A stretch of 64,000 nt of DNA from Pseudovirgaria hyperparasitica (lineage: Eukaryota), in NCBI GenBank assembly GCA_010093815.1, contig ML996577.1; one strand, written 5' to 3'. This document shows, piece after piece, positions 35,852 through 49,238 of this stretch. Positions within the stretch are counted from its first letter, which is position 1. Each line of letters opens with the position of its first letter. The notes below the pieces were generated by a model. That model was given only the letters and a program-made list of their open reading frames with translations, was not told where the DNA came from and made no database searches. Made by a program: the position numbers and the translations under genes.

Positions 35852-36354
35852 TCAGCGTTCCAAAGCTAACTCAGCAACCGCATCCTGAAACTCCTTCACG
35901 CCCTCCAGCACCCTCTTCTTCCGCGCTTCATCAACCACATATCTATGCTCCAGAATCTTCATCTGCTCCCTCGCCTCCCGCATTCTCTTCTTCTTCTTGC
36001 TCATCGGCTGACACGCCGCACTATCAAGCCGAACCCTGGATAGCACATCGCGTTAGTTAACACTTATTCCATACCGGGACACAAATTCACGATGCGATGA
36101 TACGCTCACAGTTTTCCGGTCGCGAGATCGAGCGCGCAACTGTCGATGATGCAGCCCAGGCTCTCGAGGAGGGCGGCGTGATCTGGGTCGGTCTCTAGGT
36201 GGGTGTTGAGCTCGGAAGCGCCGGCGAAGGTCTTGTCGGCGCAGGAGGGAGCGGGGCATATATGCTCGCAGGTGGTGAGTGTGATGAAGGTGTTCTTAGG
36301 GGGCGGCCAGGTGGAGAAGCCGAGAGGAGTGGTTGGGTGGCAGTTGCAGGGCAT
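35852..36354 (-). CDS. CxCH/C2H2-like Zn-finger family protein, copy 3 (intron 36036-36109)
   Basis: MPCNCH...WPPP...TCEHICPAPSC..F....LNTHLETDPDH...LDLATGKL splices in frame to VRLDSAACQPMSKKKKRM...LALER*. Confidence 0.75.
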
Positions 36355-36966
36355 TTCGGTTGATGTGATGAGTTTTGGGGAATGTTGAAGATGGGATCTG
36401 GTGGGATTTGGCGGGATGAACTTGAGGTATGTAAGAAGGCAAGTATCGACTGTATTTGCAAAGACATACGCTTTTTGTGGGATACGCGTTGGAGGGTGGT
36501 TGATAAGGACACAACTGTGTTCACTTCTAAAATGTCGATTAGCTGGAGGGGTATGTGTACCTGATGAGGGGCATAGAATTGAGACAAAGTCGTTGATCCG
36601 TATATACAGCCTCATGTTATCATATAGAGAATATCATCACCATGTGGTATTATGTGACTATCGATTGTCTGTCTTCGAGTTCTCTGGAGTTTAATTATGG
36701 ACCTGAATTTTTAGTACAAACAACGAGTTGTGGTACTATCAACAGTGCTTGACATGGCGTCTTGACGTGGGAAAAGCGGCATGAGGAGTTGAGACAGATG
36801 TATAGAAACATACAAGATGAGTTCACCAGATTTCATTCCATTTGCTTTTGCTTTTACAGTCAGACACACAGTTCAACACGGTGTGGTGCTTAGTACGCTG
36901 TGAACAGCTCTACTACCCCTTACATTCATTACCCACACATCCCGAGTGACTCCCTCAAGTTGTCTT

Positions 36967-37905
36967 CTACTCGAGAATCATAGGAAGAGAGGATTGGTGC
37001 TCAGTGATGTGTTCCGTCTTCATCCCAGTCGAATTCCCCATGTTGAGGGTCTTCATATCTCTCACAAGGTTCGCAGCCTCCTGCCTTTCAGATCTTGTCA
37101 TGCGTTTCGCCCTAACCCTCTTTTGCTTCAGAAATTTGCTGCCTGGTTCGTATTTGCCTCGATTAGGCTTGTTGTCGTGAACAGTAAGACCTTCGAACAG
37201 CCCTGCTATATCATTTGGTGTGCTCGGAGGAGGAGGTCGAGTTAGCTTGATGGTGTTGGCTCCAGTCTTTCTTGGACCATGACATGGAACACGTTTAGGT
37301 AAGACACCTCGACTTCTAGCTCTCGCAGCTGCCTTGTTCTGCCTTCGGTCAATGATCTTTCTCTTCCTTTCTGCCTCCATAGTCCAGAACACGTCGTCAA
37401 GTGCTTGGCATTTGCCTGGTACAAAGCTCTCATGACTTTCCAGCTTCTGAAATTCCAGCAGGGCAAGAGGATTATTGGTTCCATCCAGGTGTCGGCCCAA
37501 CCTACGTGAAGCGGCTCTCTGGATTCGACGCTTTTGACGCGCCTTCCTGGATGACGCAAAGGATGCCTTCGCATCACGGAAACTGACTCTGCACAATGTC
37601 AGGAATTCTTCCAAACAAACGATAAGGTAGCATTGGAGATTATACTTTTCACCTGTGTCTGCATCAATAGAATCTTCATCCAGTCTCACTCCGATGCTGT
37701 TAAGATCCAACCCATGTACGTTGGCGACATGGCGGCGAAGTTTCAGAGGCGTGCCGAACTTGTGTTTCTTCGGTGGACCCTTCAGACACACCTCGAAGCC
37801 ACAATGTAGTTCACAGGACTTAATAGTGAGAGCCTCCCCAGCACAGAGTGACCACCCTTCGTAGCAACCGTTCTGGTCCTTCTTGGAATGACATACACAA
37901 GGCAT
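36967..37905 (-). CDS. CxCH/C2H2-like Zn-finger family protein, copy 4 (57-nt in-frame intron 37589-37645), long basic tail
   Basis: MPCVCH...W...SCELHCGFEVC...F...LRRHVANVH...IDADTGEK; K/R-rich C-terminal region. Confidence 0.75.
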   Translation of the reverse strand: MPCVCHSKKDQNGCYEGWSLCAGEALTIKSCELHCGFEVCLKGPPKKHKFGTPLKLRRHVANVHGLDLNSIGVRLDEDSIDADTGEKYNLQCYLIVCLEEFLTLCRVSFRDAKASFASSRKARQKRRIQRAASRRLGRHLDGTNNPLALLEFQKLESHESFVPGKCQALDDVFWTMEAERKRKIIDRRQNKAAARARSRGVLPKRVPCHGPRKTGANTIKLTRPPPPSTPNDIAGLFEGLTVHDNKPNRGKYEPGSKFLKQKRVRAKRMTRSERQEAANLVRDMKTLNMGNSTGMKTEHITEHQSSLPMILE

Positions 37906-39870
37906 GATGGATGAATAGCAAGAGAAAGGGGCTGACGATCGTGGTGGGACGTGTGAGGTGAAGAGAATACGGAAAGGTTCAGGAATTCGGGTTGACGGAA
38001 AGTGGGATAAGAGAGTCGGATGCGTACCGACTAGTCCTGTAAAATACGGGACTACCGATGTAATATTGAAAATGTTGCTTTGGGCATGGTACTCGATGCC
38101 TTGGCGTATGGTAAAGCAGTCGGTGAATGTTCTCTTGTGAACAGTGATAACAAAGCACGGCCCGTGCGTCCCCAGGCCTTGAGGTCGTCAGTCCTAATCG
38201 GGCTTCTGGACAATTTATATTCTAGGTCACAGACTCTACACCTTTTTTCATCTGGTTGGGTGCTTGGAGGAAACCTATGAGAGTATGAACGTGTGACTTT
38301 GTGCTCGGCATGTTCTTTCTGGCCTTTTGGTCCGTTTCTGCGTTTTACCAAGAATCATTCCACCGCCACACAATACGATCCACCGGCATTTGACCCAATC
38401 AGTTCGTCAAGTACTTCAACAGTAGGAATGAATGAATTGGATCTGTGACAATAGGGAAACACAGCGGGAGTCTGTCCGCTGTCCAGGGAAACAGTGAGCA
38501 GAGACAGTCTCGCCTTTGCCGTCAGCTATGTCTGTCACCCAATGGCAGGCAACAGCCATATGTAACAGCCCGACATACGGATGTTAAGGAGATAACGGTA
38601 GAATGAGTAGAGGAGACGGCGAGGAGCTATGATAAGAAGGTGTGATGAGCGAGAGTTCAACACCTAGAACGAATAATAGACTGTATAAGATGGAAGAGAA
38701 TGGTGAACAGAAGAGCAGAAAAAGAGTGTAGATACGAGAGCACAAGCTCCCATACGCTGGAAGAGCCTAATCAAAGTTCAGTAACGCATGTGATTGTTTG
38801 TCTAAACAATGAATCATAGTCTGCGAAAGGAGGACATGTTGCGAATGCACTCGAGTTGCTGACCAGAACTGCGTCGCGTAATCACGGGGACGTTAGACAC
38901 CGAGTCAAATCCAGAACTCTGTCTGCTCAGTCTCAGTATAGTTGTCAAATATTCGATGATCAATCCGACTGGTATCGACTGTCTGAAAGGATACCGTTGG
39001 ATTTGTTGCCTTGACACCTTAGGCAGCAGTGGTCTACTGGTTCAACGGCATCGCGAAACCACTTTGCTGCAATAACTCAAAGTTGACAGATCTGGATGAA
39101 CATCTTGCATCTCCAGTAACGTCACCCCTTTGAATCTTAGTCTTTCCGTATCCGATAGCCATCTGCAGTCGTATTGGCTTGAACATGTTGAAACGACCAC
39201 TATCTGCCGAGTAGTTCGCGATCCGCAGCATCGACGACAGTGAGCAACGTCGTACTTGCATCTGAGAAGCCCCTAGTAATACAGAAAGGGAATTTGTTCT
39301 TGAAATTTCGGTCGAGTAAGATATGTACGACGTACTGATCGCTCAAAATCTCGGCCCAAGGCGTGTCACGACTTGTAGTCTTCGTCTTGGTACGACCTGT
39401 GGCCGCGTCCACCGTCCAAAGACTTCTCCGCATTCTGAAACGCCACGGCCACTTCACAGCAACGACGGCGCTAGACCCATCGAGATGACGCCGTGCACTC
39501 CGCCCTGTGATATTGGCGATAAAAACTTTGCAGGCGCAGATGGAAGTGCTGTGGAAAAGCCAAGTGCCCAAGATACGCTGCCAATGCGAGCGGCTTGGGT
39601 TGTGACGCACGACGACTTGGCCGTCGTAGAGCAGAACCTGGGGAAGGAACTAGCCGAACATCATATAACTTCCACATTTCCGGGCATCGTGGCATTCTCT
39701 CTTCATACCTATCATCTCACAGTCCTAGCGAATCTCCTCGAATCAATCTGTCTCTGTATCTCTAACTTAGGTCCTACGCGGCACTCGAAGTACTGTTGCT
39801 GACCCCTATCAAACATTATCGCAAGTGTCCGCACCTCAATCGACCTTGCGTCGTCTTTTCTACCTCTGCT

Positions 39871-41872
39871 ATGGGTCTGGGCAAAGTGTACGTGAAGCAG
39901 TGGCGGCATGACCTGAGCGAACATTTGAATAATTCTGATCCTGATCGATAGATCTGTCCGCGTCAATGGGGCCGACTGTGGCATTGAAGCGATCATGTTG
40001 GGTGTCATTACGTCCATTGGGGGATTCCTGTTCGGCTATGATACTGTATGTACATACAGTGCTTGGACGTCAGTCTGGTGGCACTGTAGCAGAAGGGAAC
40101 TGCTAGAAAGACCACCAGGCTCACGCACTGTCACTGTATATCTCCATACTGGAAGGAGCATTCTGACATACATAGGGCCAAATCTCTGCAATGCTGCTCT
40201 TCAGAGACTTTATCGCACGTTTTGGACAGCGGCAACCTGACGGCACAGTTGCATTCGACACCATCATCTCTTCTCTTCTGGTCTCACTGATGAGTATCGG
40301 TACTCTCATCGGCGCTCTTTCTGGCGCCTACACGGCCGACTGGTGGGGTCGTCGTCGGAGCTTGAGCTTTGGAGTCGTGATATTCATCGTTGGAAACGTC
40401 ATTCAGATCACTGCCATGAATTCCTGGGTCCATATGACGGTTGGCCGTTTTGTTGCTGGTCTTGGGGTAGGCAATATGAGTGTTGGTGTCCCGATGTTCC
40501 AAAGCGAGTGCTGCCCTCGCGAGATTCGTGGAGCTGTTGTGGCATCATACCAGCTCATGATTACGATTGGTATCCTGGTGGCGAACGCGATCAATTACGG
40601 CGTCCGAACTTTCCAAGACGACTCTGCGTCCTGGCGAATCGTCATTGGTCTTGGTATCGGTTTTTCGCTCCCTCTTGGAATCGGAATTCTATTCTCGCCT
40701 GAAAGTCCGAGATGGCTAGCTGGACGTGGTCGTTGGGAAGAATCGCGTATGGCGCTGGCGCGTCTCCGGGGTCTGAAGGATGACCCACACAATATGCTCG
40801 TGGAGAGTGACTACAATGAAATGACGACCTCGATCGTGGAGCAAAACAAAGCAGGAGAAGGTACTTGGCTCGAGTGCTTCACTGGACAGCCCTCCCAGAT
40901 CCCACGTCTGGTGTATAGAACATTCCTGGGCCTTGCTATCCATTTTCTTCAGCAATGGACGGGCGTGAACTACTTCTGTAAGTCAACCAACTCTCGCACC
41001 TCACCCTAAACGTATAGAATTCCCACTGATCTCGAAAAGTCTACTACGGAGCGACCATATTTAGATCAGCCGGTATCCAAGATCCTATCATGACGCAGCT
41101 CATCCTTGGTGCCGTCAACGTTATCATGACTTTCCCTGGATTGTACATTGTGGAACGCCTTGGTCGTCGAACACCACTCTTCTATGGAGCATTGTGGCAG
41201 GCAGCGTGGCTGCTCATCTTCGCTGCTGTTGGTGTCGCTCGACCACCTACGGAGTTCCAGAGTTCGGGCGTAGTCATGATTGTTGCGGCTTGTATGTTCA
41301 TTGCATCGTTTGCAATGACCTGGTAAGTGCTCCGTCCGAGGCGACATGATTAAACTAAGAGAGTGTAGGGGGCCATTCGCGTGGGTTGTTATCGGAGAGA
41401 CATTCCCTCTACGTACTAGGGCAAAGCAAGCTAGTTTGGCAACTGCTGGTAATTGGCTAGGTAAGGGCTCCGCAAAGGAAATGCTCACGGAATCACGATA
41501 GGCTGACAGGTCGCAGGCAACTTCATGATCGCATTCCTCACTCCATTCGCAAACAGGGGGATCAGCTACGCCTTCGGCTTCGTTTTCTTTGGAACCAATC
41601 TTGCCGGTGCACTACTGGTATACTTTTTCCTCTTTGAAACAAAATCACTCTCCCTGGAGAACGTTGATGCGATGTACTCCGACACATCGTTGATGCCACG
41701 GAAGAGCAGCAAGTGGGTTCCGGAAGGGTATATAGATCGCAACATTCGTGATGAAAGATCATGGAGAGCTTCGAAGGTGGGAAAACAAGACGGCGTGAAG
41801 GATACAATTAGCGATGGCTCCGGGGAGGGCACGCCTTCAACCGCACGGACAGAGCACAACGAGAAGGTCTGA
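39871..41872 (+). CDS. Sugar porter (MFS hexose transporter), ~5 introns
   Basis: GGFLFGYDTG, ADWWGRR, GRFVAGLGVG, PESPRWL, QQWTGVNYF, VERLGRR, ETFPLRTR, ETKSLSLE. Confidence 0.95.
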
Positions 41873-42074
41873 TCGTCGAAATGGAGGTATCCGTTTTCCT
41901 GCTATGGTTTTGAGCCAAGAGATCCAGACTGCTGGGATCAGGCAAATTAGAATTCAACTCCTCGCGGCCACAATGAACAGATCACAATGGATTCGATATG
42001 TCCTTGAGTTTTTAGTCTGCATTTGGTGAGCGCTATCTTTCAGAACTCTAAGCCAGCCCTCTCGCGCTTACCTC

Positions 42075-43190
42075 TCAAATCTCATCCTCCTCTTCGTCGA
42101 AATCATCCTCACTTCCCATGTCATACAAGATTCGCCCTCCTTCCCCCACGCCCTCATCTTTCTGCGCATCGAAGTACGGCAGAACCACGCCCTCTCGGTC
42201 CCTTCGCTGCTTCTCCGTTAATCCTAAATTAAAAGTCGTATCCATCCCCTGCTCTACCTCCTTTTCGTCCTCGGCAGGAGTTCGATAAAGTGGATGATCC
42301 TCCAGTAGAATCACCCTCTCCTTGCCCATGCCCATAAGAGACTTCTTACTCGCTGATACCTCGGACGCTACGGATAATCCTGACGATGTCGATGGAAGAA
42401 AAAACCACTCCCTCACGCCCCGTCCCGATTTGCGCCGATACTCCATCTCGACCACAACGCCGCGCGTGTCGTTCGCGCCGAGACTGCTCACCACGCCGTC
42501 AATTTCAGCTGCCAGGCCAAACACGGGAGCGGGCAGCGAGCGGTCGCGGGCGGCCTTTTCGGCGAGCAGGTGCGCGAGAGAGTGCGTGGTCATGAGAGTC
42601 GTGGCGAGGTAGGTCAGGACAGTGAGATCGTCGGGGACGTAAGGGGTACTGGTGGTGGTGCGGACGATGTCGGAGTGATATGTTGCGACGAGGGATGTGG
42701 TGGGTGAGATCAGGGCGGAGAGGGTGGCGGGGAGGTTGGAAGTGGTTGCGGCGAGGGCGTTTATGGAGTCGAGGATGAAGATTGTTTCTGTCAGCGGGTT
42801 AGTAAGAGTGGGATGATAGATTGATTTGCTATGTACTTTGGCCGGAAGGGGTTATGTGTAAGGAGGTTTGTTTTTGGAAATCGGCGAGGGGGAGACGTGA
42901 CGCGGTGATGAATGCATCAACGTCTGCTGGCTTGCGGAGAGTTTCGAATGATATGAAGACGATCTTTGTCTTTGCGAGCTACAGCTCAGATTAATATATG
43001 TGGGTTATAAGTAGCGACATCAAAGTACCTTTGCTCTACGAATGATCTCTTGCACTAACAGCTTTCCAGATTGCTCCAGAGAGTCAATGACAACAGTGAA
43101 TGGCGATACATTATCGCGACCATTCAACAACTTCGATATCAGCAGCAGATTATGCGTGCGCCTGTATTGAAGCTGACTTGTACGAGACAT
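42075..43190 (-). CDS. ELP5: Elongator complex subunit 5 (Iki1/Elp5), 2 introns
   Basis: RRTHNLLLISKLL..SPFTVVIDSLEQ, MEYRRKSGRGV, TTFNLGLTEKQRRDREGVVLPYFDAQ...RILYDMGSEDDFDEEEDEI. Confidence 0.9.
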
Positions 43191-43439
43191 AATGATCACT
43201 ACAAGAATCGCCGGAACAGGAAAGATTCTTGATATATCTTTGATACACACGTGATCGAAAACTCAAAGTCTTGGCACTCCCCGCCCGGACATAGCAGCTC
43301 CACTGCCTAACCCCCGCTCCGCCAATGTTGGTCTACTATATACACCTCAGCGCACGCACTATGAAGTCCCGAGCGCGTCGCAGATCTTGTCGCGCCTCAC
43401 CATGATACAGCGAAGACCCTCAAAGCTTACGTTGGCGAG

Positions 43440-44796
43440 ATGACAACCTCGTCTGCTGCGGCAGCATCTTCAAAGCCTCCTCGCCCGCGATCTCCACACT
43501 TTCCCCCACACAATGCTCCCCGCGTGTGGCTCCTCGTACACGGTACTTCGCCTATCAACATTGCTCTAGCCCGGAAGGTCATTGAGTATGGAGACTATGT
43601 TGTAGCAGGCGTGCTACCAGTGGAGTATGAGCGGGACGAGGAGAGGATGTCGGAGTTCAAGGAGTTTCTGGAAGAGGCTAAGAGGACGGAGAGGTGGAGG
43701 GAGAGGCTGAGGGTTGTGGGACTGGATGCAAGGTACATATCTGCTGGACACCCTCACCGCGGAAGAGTCGGTTTGACATAGTATAGAGTTATGGGGCAAT
43801 GTCAGGCTGCTGTGGCTGAAGCAGTCGAAGCTTTTGGAAGAATTGATGTGCTTCTAGGGAGCACTAGTGAAGGTAGGTGCTTGTCAGGGGAGCTTACGAA
43901 CAAGTGCTGAGTATAGCAGCTGTTGTTGGAACAATTGAGGAGCTGGCTCAGTCGGCCCGGACACAAGCTGTCGCGCGCGATCAGTTTGAGATCAACTTCT
44001 TTGCCAACGTCAATATCATAAAGGCGGTCCTACCGAGCATGAGAGAGAAGAAGAATGGACACATCATCATGCTGACGGCGATAAGTACGTACTATCGCGT
44101 GACATTATATCATATAAGCCTTGACTAACCTGGGAATAGCAAGCCATCTTGGCACTCCGGGCCTAGGACTCTACTGTTCGTCTCAATGGGCTATCGAGGG
44201 GTATTGCGACGTATGAACCATACCTGGCACCTGTTTGACAAATGCGCTGACCTTCGCAGAGCATCGCATACGAAATCGCTCCGTTCAACATCAAAGTCAC
44301 CATCGTGCAGCCGAACTTTGAAATCACCGTCCTGACAAACCGCATTACTTCCGTACCCCCTATGCCAGAGTACTCTCCGGACGTGAACCCAGCGCCTTTA
44401 TCTCGAGAATTACTTAGTGGCATTCTAGACAGACTTGAAGGTAGCAAGGGCGCCGTTGCCACTCCGACAGAGGACTCCACCGCCATGGCAGATGATGCGC
44501 CGTCCCCGGCAAGTACTGTGCACAACCCGACCTTGGGCGACCAGCTCTCTACTGAGAATGTAACATCGCTATACCCGCCCCTTGTACCAAGTTTCAAAGA
44601 CCCGCTCATCGCCGAGACCGTACATGCCCTCACAGCGATTGGCGGTCATGACAATCCTCCAGCGAGGCATATTGTCGGCCTGGAGGGCGTCATGGCCGTC
44701 AAGGAGAAGCTGAAGACTGTGAGTGAGGAGCTTGAGGATTTCATAGAGGTCAGCAATGCTGTTGATATAACGAAAGACGAGGAAACGCTAGGATAG
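43440..44796 (+). CDS. Short-chain dehydrogenase/reductase-like protein (atypical motifs), ~4 introns
   Basis: RVWLL.., AVEAFGRIDVL, QFEINFFANVNIIKAVLPSMR, LGLYCSSQWAIEG, EIAPFNIKVTIVQP. Confidence 0.85.
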
Positions 44797-45589
44797 GGAG
44801 GACAAGCAGGCTCATGGCCGCAAACGGTGTATTAGTAAGGGCATTGTTACATTTAGTTACTCTTCTCGAAATCGACCATGCTATGCGGTTCCTGCATTTT
44901 AAGCTTATTTTTGAGACCACAATGAGCGTCAAACATTGAAGCCGATAGGAGTCCCCAATAATGGCCCTATAAGCGGCCAAGCCCACCTAGCGTTCCGTAC
45001 GAGCGTTCGCATCCTAGTAGCTTATTATTAATACGCAATCCCAGAGGCCTTTCACATGTGGTATAAATTTATAAACTTATGTTTGGTCGCCGAGGTGGAC
45101 GTAGGAAATCCTGAACTCTGCGTCTATATACTATAACTTTACCGATCACCTAGACCCGTATGTATATGGTGCCATATGCTCCACATTCGCCAGATCCGTG
45201 GACTTTAGGTAATACAAACATTCATGTGTACCGCAAGGGCCGTGAGTCCCTAGGCCCCTTTGCCAGCTTCCCCTTTGTAGCTCAACCAAGAACATGTCCG
45301 AATGCCACTCCACATATCCTTGCTTTCTCTTCATGATACACTGAGCTTGCAAGCGAGCGGCAATGGCAGTACGGGTGTCCTCGCCACAAACTCGTATCAA
45401 ATTCGACCCAGGCAGTCGAGCACGACATAAATAACATTACTACTATCATTTGTCATTCGCTCATGAGCAAGAAAGAGCCCAGAGATGCGCTATCCGCATA
45501 TCGAAGTCATCCATCATAGATGGGCGTGTTATATAACAGGCAAGAAGCACGAAGCGCCATCATACTAATACTTCAGTAACAGTAGAGAG

Positions 45590-47209
45590 TTACATACGAA
45601 ACCAAGGATGCTGTAAAGCCTCTTCTGCAGACAATCGATCTTCTGGCTTGTAGCGCAGCAGCTTCTCCAGAAGATCGATAAAGGCCTCCAACTCTTCTGG
45701 AGGCGTCTCTCGCTTGCTGAAATCCAACGATCTGGACTCAGGGTTCCAGAATAAGGCGTTCTCCAACTGAGATTTGATTGAAGTGTCTCCGATCCGATGG
45801 TGAGCAGGATCGCCAGCCTGAAAAGGCCTATTATTTGCATCTGCATCGACTTCGTCTGTGTAATGTTCTTTTCGAGCTTTCCACGTGGAAGACCACCATG
45901 GCTCCGGGAGTTTTCCCAATAACATCACCATATAGAAGAGGTAATCGTCCGTGTCGTTTGCATCGAAAACGTCAATCAGTTTTTGACCTGTGCGTAACTC
46001 ATATAGACAGTTACCAAGTGCCCACAGGTCGCACCCAACCCCGACATGGCCGTCGAGTACTAGTTCTGGCGGCTGATACACGACTGGTAGACCGATACTA
46101 TCAGGCGGCGATTTGATCTCAAATGCTTCTCCAAAGTCGATAAGCCGTATTCGGTCACTAATAAAACGGGGATCGACTTTACTAAAATCGACAGGATATA
46201 CTAAGTATTGGGGAGCAGATGCTGGCGTCTCTGTAGAGGACGTTTTGACGGGATTGATCTCCGGCTGGCCGAGCTTTTCCAATAGATCGGCTTCTGGTAA
46301 GTCACCTAGGTCGCGAAGGTCGACGAGAATGTTTTTGGCCGTCAGATCTAACTATATGCATTAGTCATGGTGTCATGTTATTCATTGGAACTGCGTCTCA
46401 CCTCCATGACAGATTCCATGTTTGTGAAGACAAGCTACGGCTTCAATCGTGTCAAGAGAAGCTTTTCGCATCGCAGCGCTCGAATTGCCAAGGCACGCAA
46501 GAGCGTCTACAGCACGAGGCCCAATAAACGGGTACACGAAGCAGTGGTGTGTTCCATTGGGACTCTCCTGTTGAAAAGAGTCCATCGATACACAGAGATG
46601 TTTCTTTCCGCGTTCCACCTCAGGAAGAATCTTCAGCAGCTGGACTGCCTCTAGCTCGCCACAATATTCTCTCGAGAGCGCCGCGACGAGAACCTTAATG
46701 GCCACGTAATGAGGTGATTCATGATGTAGGTCTCGGCAGAGCCACACGATACCAAAGCCGCCATGACCAAGTTTGTGGATGATGCGATAGCGACCCTGGC
46801 ATAGCGTTGATCCAAGCTCTGAAGGGCAGTGTCCCCCGTCGTTGTAGTCGTAGATTCGCTCTAGGCCATGAGAGTTCAATGTCAGCCATAGCCGGGGTTC
46901 CTCTTCGATGATATTTATATTGTTGCTCGTTGCTTCTGGCGAGGGATCGTTGGTATGCTCATCAACTTCTCCAGCATCTGATTCTGCGGCATCAGGTTCT
47001 CCGGCATCAGGTTGTGCGGCATCAGGCTTTCCAGCGTCAGGTTCTCCAGCAAAAATCTTGGCGTCAGACGGACGATAGCCTTCTTCATGACTCTCTGTCG
47101 TGAGATCAGCTTCATTGGGCTCCGCTTCGTCCAGATGTCCAGAGTGGTTATGCATTGACGGTGGACTTGTGTTGATATCCTCCTCCACATGTGTATTTTG
47201 TAGTGCCAT
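45590..47209 (-). CDS. SRPK-like (CMGC) Ser/Thr kinase, paralog A, 1 intron in HG|D
   Basis: YNDGGHCP..LG, RYRIIHKLGHGGFGIVWLCRD, VAIKV, CHG|DLTAKNI, IDFGEAF, YQPPE, DLWALG, LLRYKPEDR..A..AL.HPWF. Confidence 0.9.
46972..47050 (-). repeat. 15-bp coding repeat (AGEPD-type x5) in the kinase A N-terminus
   Basis: AGEPDAGKPDAAQPDAGEPDAAESDAGE. Confidence 0.85.
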
Positions 47210-49238
47210 GCTTGGATGGAAAAGGATTCTCGGACGATGAGCTCCCAGAAGACTGGACTACCTTGCGAAAGGTCGGAAATAGAAAGGTCGTAACGAAGAA
47301 GAAAGAAGATGTCGATGGTTGGGCAACGGTGCAAACGGCAATCTTGATGGTTTGCCCAGATGCGGTACGTGGACAGATATGTAAGGGTCAGCGCGCGTAA
47401 ATGGCGCGAACAGTGTAGCTTTCGGTGAAGATGGCAGTCATCTGTGAATTGAAATGTTGTTTGCAAACTTAGCGCCGATAATTTCCTGAAAGCGGTATCT
47501 TCACAGACCTCCTCCACCTGCACTGTGCTCGCGCCAAATGACTACATAATACAAGTCCTCGGACTGTGCCGCGTCCAGCGTGTGGTCATTATCAAATGTT
47601 GTTCTACTATACCGGAGCATCATGAATTTTCCCTTGTCTGTGGTCAATCACTTGACATGCCAGTCAGAGCAATGAACTTAGACTCTTCGACTTCATCCAC
47701 CCGACTCCTCTCACGCGTTTACCAGCACAGCACAGCACAGTATTCGTTGGCTTGAGCCTAAACTGCTTAGAAATTCGACTTTGGCCTGACTTTTACAACC
47801 TGATCGATTTCGGCGTTGTGGAGACCGAGGGTAACTGTAGTAAGGCGATCTAAGACCAGGGGCAGGTGGATTTTCACGACTTGCCAGAGACTATTGGGAG
47901 AAAAGTACTGATGAGAATAGCCAGGAGAAGTGCCTCGATAGCTCTATAGCCTAGTTGCTATGTAGAGTTACACAAGCACATGAAGATCGCTAATGCAGCA
48001 GTGCTCTGAGAGCCTCTACTCGGATAGCGATAAAACTTCTGAGTGCTTGACCAATGATCAGACGAGTCGGTAGTGCCCAAGTACAAAGACAACGGTGTGC
48101 GAGCCGACAGCGCCCCCAAACTAGCATTCCACAATTCATTGAAGCTCATACATGAATCTCTGATTCCTACACCAATGTCGTATGTTGTTCATTGGAGTAG
48201 TCCTTGGTAGGTTGTCAAGAGTACAAACACAAATTTGCAGCTCATCATTCATCTTGTAGGGCTCCTATGTGCTAGGGCTACAGCGACTACGAAAGTCTAG
48301 TATTCAAAATGGTTCCCAGGGGATAAGATAAAGGGCGTGGGCAGAAATTCTTTATGACACAACATCAGTTCAAGATTCCGGATCCGACTTCTCTTCTGTT
48401 ATTTGCCATGTCTGTTGGTAAGGGGTGGGATACTGCCAGGCAATCGAAGTTCGACAGTGAGCCATACTTATATGCAATGAAGCAAATTGTGAAAGATTGC
48501 TACTCTTGAGTTCGTGAAAAACAATCGTGTGAGTGGTGTTGGGGAATGGGGCAGCATATGACACCTGATCAACCGGCCACTCCGTTATGCATTCATTCAT
48601 CGGTACCCAGAAAGCGAGGACTAACACTACTTCAGCGCAGCACATGATCTGGTAAAGATCTACGTGACTATTGCATGAATGGCGATAGGTAGCTATTGCC
48701 ATGTGATCCGGAATAAATTGCACTCGTAAATATCATGCGTCTCAATGGCTTGTAACACTAAAGTAGGTTCACACCATGCACGTAGATATATAGCACGGAT
48801 GAGCTGGCTGATTGAATGGCACTAGGATACTATGTCTACATAGACTTGACTTCTAGACAAGGTGCCCTGGTAGCTTCTAGTAGTTTGAACGACTCGAACC
48901 ATGATACATGAGTTCTACTTCACATCTACATTCACTCTCTGCCTCTTCTTCTCTCCTTTTCCTTATCCTCTCCTACCATTATCTCTACCCTCTAGTTCTG
49001 CCGGGTCCTTCTTAGGTCACGGGAGTAGGGCCAAGGAACACACAAATATTCAGTACACTACCATGTGAGAAAAGATCCCCACATCGTTTTGGCCATTCAG
49101 TTTGGAAAGGCAAAGTAACATATGAAAGTCTCTAATGCTTATGGTGGATAAAGCAACTGAACTGACGCACACAATAAACGATCACCAACATGACTATCAA
49201 CTCATAGTGGTCAAGATAACTATGCCACACGTAGTCAA

